The notes beneath the pieces were generated by a model, which was given only the letters and a program-made list of their open reading frames with translations, had not been told where the DNA came from and made no database searches. From an uncultured Candidatus Saccharibacteria bacterium (GTDB taxonomy: Bacteria; Patescibacteriota; Minisyncoccia; Phycocordibacterales; UBA9973): a stretch of 62,770 nucleotides of DNA. This document shows positions 57,486 through 62,770 of this stretch, piece after piece (the stretch's first letter is position 1; every line of letters starts with the position of its first letter). The stretch is taken from contig CAYGDG010000005.1 in assembly GCA_964348725.1 (NCBI GenBank), forward strand, positions 1-62,770, written 5' to 3'. The position numbers and the translations under genes were made by a program.

Positions 57486-58568
57486 TTATTTCAGCGCTTT
57501 AATCCCCGGCAAAGTACCGTTCGCAAGAAAATCCAGCGTCGCACCGCCGCCGGTGGAGACGAAGGTGAATTTTTTTTCCATTTTCATTTCGGAGATGAGC
57601 GCCACGGTGTCTCCCCCACCGATAATGCTTTCGGCTTTTGATTTTGCTATCAATTTTAATACTTCTTTCGTCGCTCCTCCGCCTCCTGATTCATATTTCC
57701 CAAGCGGACCGTTCCAAAGGATGAGCTTCGCTTTCTTGATATATTCGGCGAGCAGTTTTATTGATATTTTACCGACATCCAAAATCATTTCATCTTTAGT
57801 AACTTGGTCTGCCCCTTTTGTTAGGAATTCTGCTATCGCTGAGTTTTTAGCGTTTTCATTTTTTACTACTACATCTGTCGGCAAAATAAGTTTTTTATTC
57901 TTAATTATTTTTTCTATACCGTAATTATTGCCGTCTACGAGCGATTTGCCTACTTCATATCCTTTAGCTTTGAGGAAATCATTCAGGAGTGCGCCGCCGA
58001 TGAAAACATTATCGGCAGTTTTCAAATATTTCTTGATGAGCGGCATCTTGGTGGAGAATTTCGCTCCGCCGAGGATGAAGAGGAATGGATGTTTTGGTTT
58101 CAGCGCCTTGGAAAGGTTCTTGATTTCTTCCGCTAGCTGGAAGCCTGCATAGCTCGGCAGGTATTTCGGTATGCCCACGACTGATGCGTGTGCGCGGTGT
58201 GATACGGAAAAAGCGTCATTCACGTAGATGTCGCCAAGTCTGGCTAATTCTTTTGCAAAAGCCGGGTCATTTTTTTCTTCGCCCGGAAATTTCCGGATAT
58301 TTTCGTAAAAAGTGATATCTGACTTCTTATATTTTGAAATTTTAAAGAAGCGTTCTATCACAGGCTGTAGACTGGCACTGCCGTCTTTGCCTAAATGCGC
58401 GAGCAGAATGATCTTCGCGCCTTTTTTGTGCAAAAAATCTATCGTTTGCATTCCGGCGCGGATGCGGAAGTCATCTTCAACCTTGCCGTCTTTAATAGGC
58501 ACATTGAAATCCACGCGGATAAGCGCAGTTTTGCCTTTTATGTTTTTGATTTCTTTTATGCCGCGCAT
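57486..58568 (-). CDS. pgk: Phosphoglycerate kinase
   Basis: RVDFNVP, NDAFSVSHRAH, GGAKF, WNGPLG, STGGGA. Confidence 0.96.
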   Translation of the reverse strand: MRGIKEIKNIKGKTALIRVDFNVPIKDGKVEDDFRIRAGMQTIDFLHKKGAKIILLAHLGKDGSASLQPVIERFFKISKYKKSDITFYENIRKFPGEEKNDPAFAKELARLGDIYVNDAFSVSHRAHASVVGIPKYLPSYAGFQLAEEIKNLSKALKPKHPFLFILGGAKFSTKMPLIKKYLKTADNVFIGGALLNDFLKAKGYEVGKSLVDGNNYGIEKIIKNKKLILPTDVVVKNENAKNSAIAEFLTKGADQVTKDEMILDVGKISIKLLAEYIKKAKLILWNGPLGKYESGGGGATKEVLKLIAKSKAESIIGGGDTVALISEMKMEKKFTFVSTGGGATLDFLANGTLPGIKALK

Positions 58569-59281
58569 AGGTCGTAAATTTTTGAAAACTTTTTCGGGTC
58601 AAGCGATGCCCTGCCGAGAAGGAAACCGTCCGCTCCGGCGGCGAGGAAACCTGCATCATTCTTTTCGTCCACCGATGCTCCATAGATTACTTTCACTTCT
58701 TTTGTTTCTTTGATGCTGAATTTATCTGCCAATACTTTGCGGATGAAAATACTCATTTCACGAAATTCCTCAGCCGTAGCCGCACGAGGAGCGTCCTTGC
58801 CGATAGCCCACACAGGCTCATATGCGATGATGATTTTTGAAATGGAATTTTTGGAAACGCTGGCAAGGCATTCTTCTATCTGCTTTTTCACCACGCCGAG
58901 GTATTCGTGATTCTCATCACGCACTTCTTCGCCGACGCATAAAATAGGAGCAAGTCCGGCTACGAGCGAGGCACGGACTTTTTTATTTACGATTTCATTA
59001 CTGTCATTTTTGGAACGCTTCTCGGAATGCCCTAAAATTACATATTTTGCGCCGATGTTTGCGAGCATTTCAGCGGACACTTCCCCGGTATATGCGCCGC
59101 TCTGTTCAAAGTACGCATCCTGCGCACCGAGCTTGGCTTTCTTTATACTCTTTTTGACAGCAGAGAGATATGTAAAAGGCACACACAAAATCACGCCCTT
59201 CTGATCAGTGGCCTTTGCGAGCTTCACCGCTTCTTTCTCGGAAAGCGGATTCATTTTCCAGTTTGCAATAATTATGTTCAT
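58556..59281 (-). CDS. tpiA: Triosephosphate isomerase
   Basis: ANWKMN, GHSEKR, AYEPVWAIG. Confidence 0.96.
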   Translation of the reverse strand: MNIIIANWKMNPLSEKEAVKLAKATDQKGVILCVPFTYLSAVKKSIKKAKLGAQDAYFEQSGAYTGEVSAEMLANIGAKYVILGHSEKRSKNDSNEIVNKKVRASLVAGLAPILCVGEEVRDENHEYLGVVKKQIEECLASVSKNSISKIIIAYEPVWAIGKDAPRAATAEEFREMSIFIRKVLADKFSIKETKEVKVIYGASVDEKNDAGFLAAGADGFLLGRASLDPKKFSKIYDLCAA

Positions 59282-59377
59282 ATTCCTCAGAATTACTTTT
59301 GCTCAGTCGCTCGGTTCTCCTCGCCTTCGGCTCGGCCACTCCTTCTCAAAAGCAAATTCCTCGGAATATTATACGCT

Positions 59378-60616
59378 TTATCGTATTTCTTTCCAAGTTT
59401 TCACATTCCATCCGCCGGAAGGTCCGGAGGAGAATGACGTATTCGCCAAGCCGGAGAGATAGTTCACTTCGGCGCTGTTATCTATGATGATGGTCTTGCC
59501 CACGACTTCATTGAGCTCGGCGTTGTTGTTTAAGTGCACCGTGCCGTTCTGAGCATTGATGATGACGGCGCCAACATTGTTATCCACTTCCACCGCATTC
59601 GGCGAACCAGCGCATCCTGTGGGGCAGGTGCTGGTGACTACTACCATGACAAAGCTATTCGCACTGCCCGAGCCGGTGAAGTCCGCATTGTTTGAAAAGT
59701 CCGCCGTGCCGTCTATGATGATGATGCCACCGCTCGTGCCATATGACGGGCTCAAAGAAACATGTACACCATTTGAAGTAGTAACATTACCTGTCACATG
59801 TATCGTGCCGGTAATCGTCATATTTGAATTTATCGTGAGGTTGCCATTTATTTTTTTTGGACCAAACGAGCCGCCGCCGGTAAAAGTATAATTACCGGAA
59901 ATTGTGCCGCCAAGTGCGGCGTCCGCTTTCCAATTCGTGATCATCTCATCGGTGAGCGGCATACCGACAGCCGGCGCATCACCTTGCGAAGTGTTGCAAG
60001 ATTTATTGTTACCCGAACCGGTCTGACAATAGAGCGTGCCTTGTATTGTGGAATTCGTGACCGTGCGCGCCCAGGCATTGCCGGTGCCGCTCTGCCCAAT
60101 ATCTATATTATTTATCGTGCCTGCGCCCGCGGCAAATGCCGAGCCGGTAATTTCCGCGCCGTTTGAGCCGGTAATGTTGCCATTTGAATATACATTACCC
60201 ACGACAGTGGCATTGCCGAGCTGAAATCCTCCCGTACCCGCTTGGATGCCGTAGCTAAAAGCGATGCCCGTGCCAGTGGAAAGGACGAGCTGATTTTTTC
60301 GCTGGCGGCTCGCAACATCACCAGAGGAAGAAATTGTTTTTTCATTGTAGCCCGAATCCGTAATGGTGGTAGTAGCCGTGGAGCCATTCAAAGTGATGTT
60401 GGTAGATGCACCGATGGGTTTGGCATTGCTCAATCTATAGTATGCGTCCTCCACGCCGGATTCAGCGAGGAAAAAACTCTGGCGCGAACGCACCAAGTCG
60501 CCGGAAATCTTGAATTCACGCACGGATGGACCGACGAGCCCAGCGATGATGGCGAGCGAAATGAACAAAAAGAAAACGACGGAGATGAGCATGGCCGCGC
60601 CGGTATTTGTTTTCAT
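59378..60616 (-). CDS. PilX-like minor pilin / pilus tip protein
   Basis: G|AAMLISVVFF, QSFFLAESGVEDA..RL; beta-rich C-terminus; start refined to MKTNTG. Confidence 0.8.
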   Translation of the reverse strand: MKTNTGAAMLISVVFFLFISLAIIAGLVGPSVREFKISGDLVRSRQSFFLAESGVEDAYYRLSNAKPIGASTNITLNGSTATTTITDSGYNEKTISSSGDVASRQRKNQLVLSTGTGIAFSYGIQAGTGGFQLGNATVVGNVYSNGNITGSNGAEITGSAFAAGAGTINNIDIGQSGTGNAWARTVTNSTIQGTLYCQTGSGNNKSCNTSQGDAPAVGMPLTDEMITNWKADAALGGTISGNYTFTGGGSFGPKKINGNLTINSNMTITGTIHVTGNVTTSNGVHVSLSPSYGTSGGIIIIDGTADFSNNADFTGSGSANSFVMVVVTSTCPTGCAGSPNAVEVDNNVGAVIINAQNGTVHLNNNAELNEVVGKTIIIDNSAEVNYLSGLANTSFSSGPSGGWNVKTWKEIR

Positions 60617-60644
60617 CTTATGTTTTCTAAAATAATTTTGCATA

Positions 60645-61151
60645 TTAAATTCCGTAATCACCCCTCAAGACGACAGTGTCATAAAAGCTCTCCGTGCGAG
60701 TGATGCCGCCACGGGAATTCTGCGCTGTGAAGGAAACTTTCACGGCCTTGCCTTTGGCAGTGGTGATTTCAGTAAATAACAATGCGGTGATGGGTGAATT
60801 CGGCGTATTCATATTGCCCACCAGGGCGTCATTGTCATACAGCTCTATATTCGTGCCAGAGAGGGTGAAGCGGATGGTCTTGGCCGTGCCGGCTTCGTCC
60901 TTTGTATCCAGCTTCAAGCTCGTGGCGCTGATAGTGTTAATAGCATTCGCCTGGCGTATCTCGCGGCTCATGCGCTCCATGATGGCAGAATTCTGCATGA
61001 GCTCGGCGCTGGCCGCCGCAGTGCTATATGATTTCCCCATGGCGACAATGGCACTGATGACGGCCATGGAAAGGATGGCGAAAAGAGCGATGTAAAAAAT
61101 TGTCTCCAGTACTGCATAACCGCCCTGTTTGTTTTTAGTAAATTTTTTCAT
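60645..61151 (-). CDS. PilW/PulJ-like minor pilin
   Basis: GG|YAVLETIFY, MERMSREIR.A; start refined to MKKFTK. Confidence 0.8.
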   Translation of the reverse strand: MKKFTKNKQGGYAVLETIFYIALFAILSMAVISAIVAMGKSYSTAAASAELMQNSAIMERMSREIRQANAINTISATSLKLDTKDEAGTAKTIRFTLSGTNIELYDNDALVGNMNTPNSPITALLFTEITTAKGKAVKVSFTAQNSRGGITRTESFYDTVVLRGDYGI

Positions 61152-61239
61152 CCCGTTAGAAATAGGAAATGCTTTGCATTTCCGTCCGTTTAATTTTGTA
61201 AATTTATTATTCATAACTTTTTGATTTCTAACGGGATCA

Positions 61240-61716
61240 TTAAAAAATATCAGTTATATAAAAAGATAAAGTTTTTGAATGTGCCGTACCGCCCTCCGTC
61301 CAAGACACCGTGACTGTCGCCAGGCGCGTGCCGGCATCATTTGAACCGGAGCCCACATCCCCTGTCGTCGCATTCCGATTCACAGCAGAAAGGACGACTG
61401 TACGGGTGAAAATGCCGACTTGGTTTGCCGTAGCCGAGAGCGTCCAGGTGCCGCCGGTGAAAAGCGGATAGTATGTCGTGCCAGCGGTGAGGCCGGAAAT
61501 GTTCGTCCAATTATTATCGCGTAATATGCGCACCGCTTCGGCACCTTCTTCCAGGAGAAATGCCGCCTGTGAGGTGTGTAATGATTGCCGAGAAACAGAA
61601 ATAGATTTCTGGGTTACTGCCATGGCTGCTAAAACAGACGCAGTGATGATAGATGCCGCGACGAGTACTTCTACCATCAGGAAGCCCGCATTTTGTTTTT
61701 TAAAAAATTTAAACAT
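61240..61716 (-). CDS. PilV-like minor pilin
   Basis: G|FLMVEVLVA, QAAFLLEEG.EAVR, VTVSW. Confidence 0.85.
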   Translation of the reverse strand: MFKFFKKQNAGFLMVEVLVAASIITASVLAAMAVTQKSISVSRQSLHTSQAAFLLEEGAEAVRILRDNNWTNISGLTAGTTYYPLFTGGTWTLSATANQVGIFTRTVVLSAVNRNATTGDVGSGSNDAGTRLATVTVSWTEGGTAHSKTLSFYITDIF

Positions 61717-61729
61717 ATTAATTCATTCT

Positions 61730-62176
61730 TTAATTCATACTTGCCGCGCCGGTGGCATTTATAGTAACAGTCTTCGTAACAGAAGAAACGCTGACGACGA
61801 CCGTACCCGTCTTATTCGGCGCACCAGTCAGGCGATTGAAATACACATCGCTTCCGCCACCGGAAAGGGTGATGGTGGAAATAGTAGCCGGCGAAGCAAT
61901 TAAAATATTTTCATTGTTCGCATCCACGGCAGAATATACTGTGCCCTTAAAAATTACTACTTTGTCCGACTGAAAATGCACGCCGTATTCGGAAGAATTC
62001 ACGGAAGCCAAAGTCTGCGAGCGGGCTTTATCCAACGCCGACAGCACATCACTCGTGGCACTCTTCAACACCGCCCGCTGACGCATCGTAGAAAAAGAAG
62101 GCATAACGACGAGCGCGATAATGCCTATCACAGCAATGACGACGAGCATTTCTATTAAAGTGAACCCCTTTTGCAT
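61730..62176 (-). CDS. FimT/GspH-like minor pilin
   Basis: KG|FTLIEMLVVIAVIG prepilin N-methylation motif; ARSQTL. Confidence 0.9.
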   Translation of the reverse strand: MQKGFTLIEMLVVIAVIGIIALVVMPSFSTMRQRAVLKSATSDVLSALDKARSQTLASVNSSEYGVHFQSDKVVIFKGTVYSAVDANNENILIASPATISTITLSGGGSDVYFNRLTGAPNKTGTVVVSVSSVTKTVTINATGAASMN

Positions 62177-62218
62177 TGGTTATATTTTAGCACAAAAAAA
62201 GAACACCAGGCCCTTTAT

Positions 62219-62305
62219 TTGACTTCAACTGGCGTTTTGCTATAATTAAAGTACACAGTGGCTTCGGCCTCCGAGAAAGCCCCCGCAAGGGGGCTTTCGA
62301 TTTTT
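62219..62305 (+). ncRNA. Candidate ~55-nt small RNA with its own promoter and terminator
   Basis: TTGACT-16-TATAAT (extended TG), GGC-TTCG-GCC hairpin, 10-bp GAAAGCCCCC-GCAA-GGGGGCTTTC stem and T5; no ORF between promoter and terminator. Confidence 0.5.
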
Positions 62306-62687
62306 ATAGAAGATCTTTCAATTTCTTTCTCAAGATATCAAATTCCTCCTGCTTCACCATTCCTATTTTTCTCAATAATCTTTTCTTATCCAATACTTTT
62401 ATTTGGTCAAGCAGGGCATATCCTGAAACGGCTTCATGAACTATGAGCGATTGGAATTTGTCCATCCTTTTTTTAGTACTCAAAGGAACTGCCAGAAAAG
62501 TATCGCTGCTCAGTACGGAATACACCACTATCGGCCTTTCAAAATTATCGCCTCTGCCATCCTGCTCGCGGCCTATGTTCACGCCAAAAGCCGCCCACCA
62601 GATTTCTCTGTCGTGGCATAATTTCCTCGTATCATCAGCGTTAGTGATTTTTTTCTTTTCGTTCCATCTATCAAAATCCTTTTGCAT
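62304..62687 (-). CDS. PemK/MazF-like toxin
   Basis: KDFDRWNEKK, REIWW..FGVNIG.EQDG...FERP..V, VPLST, LDQIKVLDKKRL; start refined. Confidence 0.85.
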   Translation of the reverse strand: MQKDFDRWNEKKKITNADDTRKLCHDREIWWAAFGVNIGREQDGRGDNFERPIVVYSVLSSDTFLAVPLSTKKRMDKFQSLIVHEAVSGYALLDQIKVLDKKRLLRKIGMVKQEEFDILRKKLKDLL

Positions 62688-62770
62688 AAGCATCAGGACA
62701 TCGGAGCGTCTCGGTATTAGTATTTTATAACATTCAGGACACATGTCCAACACCGGAATACACCCCACCC

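Noticed and set aside
57812-57850. KNSAIAEFL segment in PGK as another palindromic insertion
   Set aside because: Symmetry is too degenerate and there is no second copy in the window; needs an orthologue alignment

Overview
Chromosomal segment of a small-genome bacterium that looks like Patescibacteria/CPR (Parcubacteria, Nomurabacteria-like). This assignment is inferred from gene content and style, not from a database search. Most genes lie on the minus strand. The window holds the 5' end of a 23S rRNA gene with its own promoter and no 16S upstream; rplJ-rplL; rpsF-ssb-rpsR; ftsK, recA, efp; metG, glyQS, ileS (with an inserted histidine-phosphatase domain and an ultrashort-stem-I T-box), argS; a glyA to tmk-dut nucleotide cluster; split comEC; recJ, rnhA, recO, pgk, tpiA; a minor type IV pilin operon; a 1242-aa S-layer-like protein and other surface proteins; a Bacteroidetes-like collagen/S74 protein; and RelE and PemK toxin modules. 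The strongest unexplained signals are: (1) several families of short REP-like palindromes, many inserted in frame in proteins (six in one gene; others in FtsK, ArgRS, GlyRS, RNase HI, RecJ); (2) three envelope-gene promoters with a perfect TTATCCACA box 29-30 bp upstream of TATAAT; (3) an actinobacterial-type ileS T-box coupled to a transcription terminator; (4) a promoter-driven ~55-nt RNA abutting an apparently orphan PemK toxin; (5) a mosaic of toxin-antitoxin and accessory genes bounded by duplicated peptidoglycan-binding-domain fragments and palindromes. No tRNA, CRISPR array, integrase or transposase was recognised. All product calls come from motif recognition by eye.
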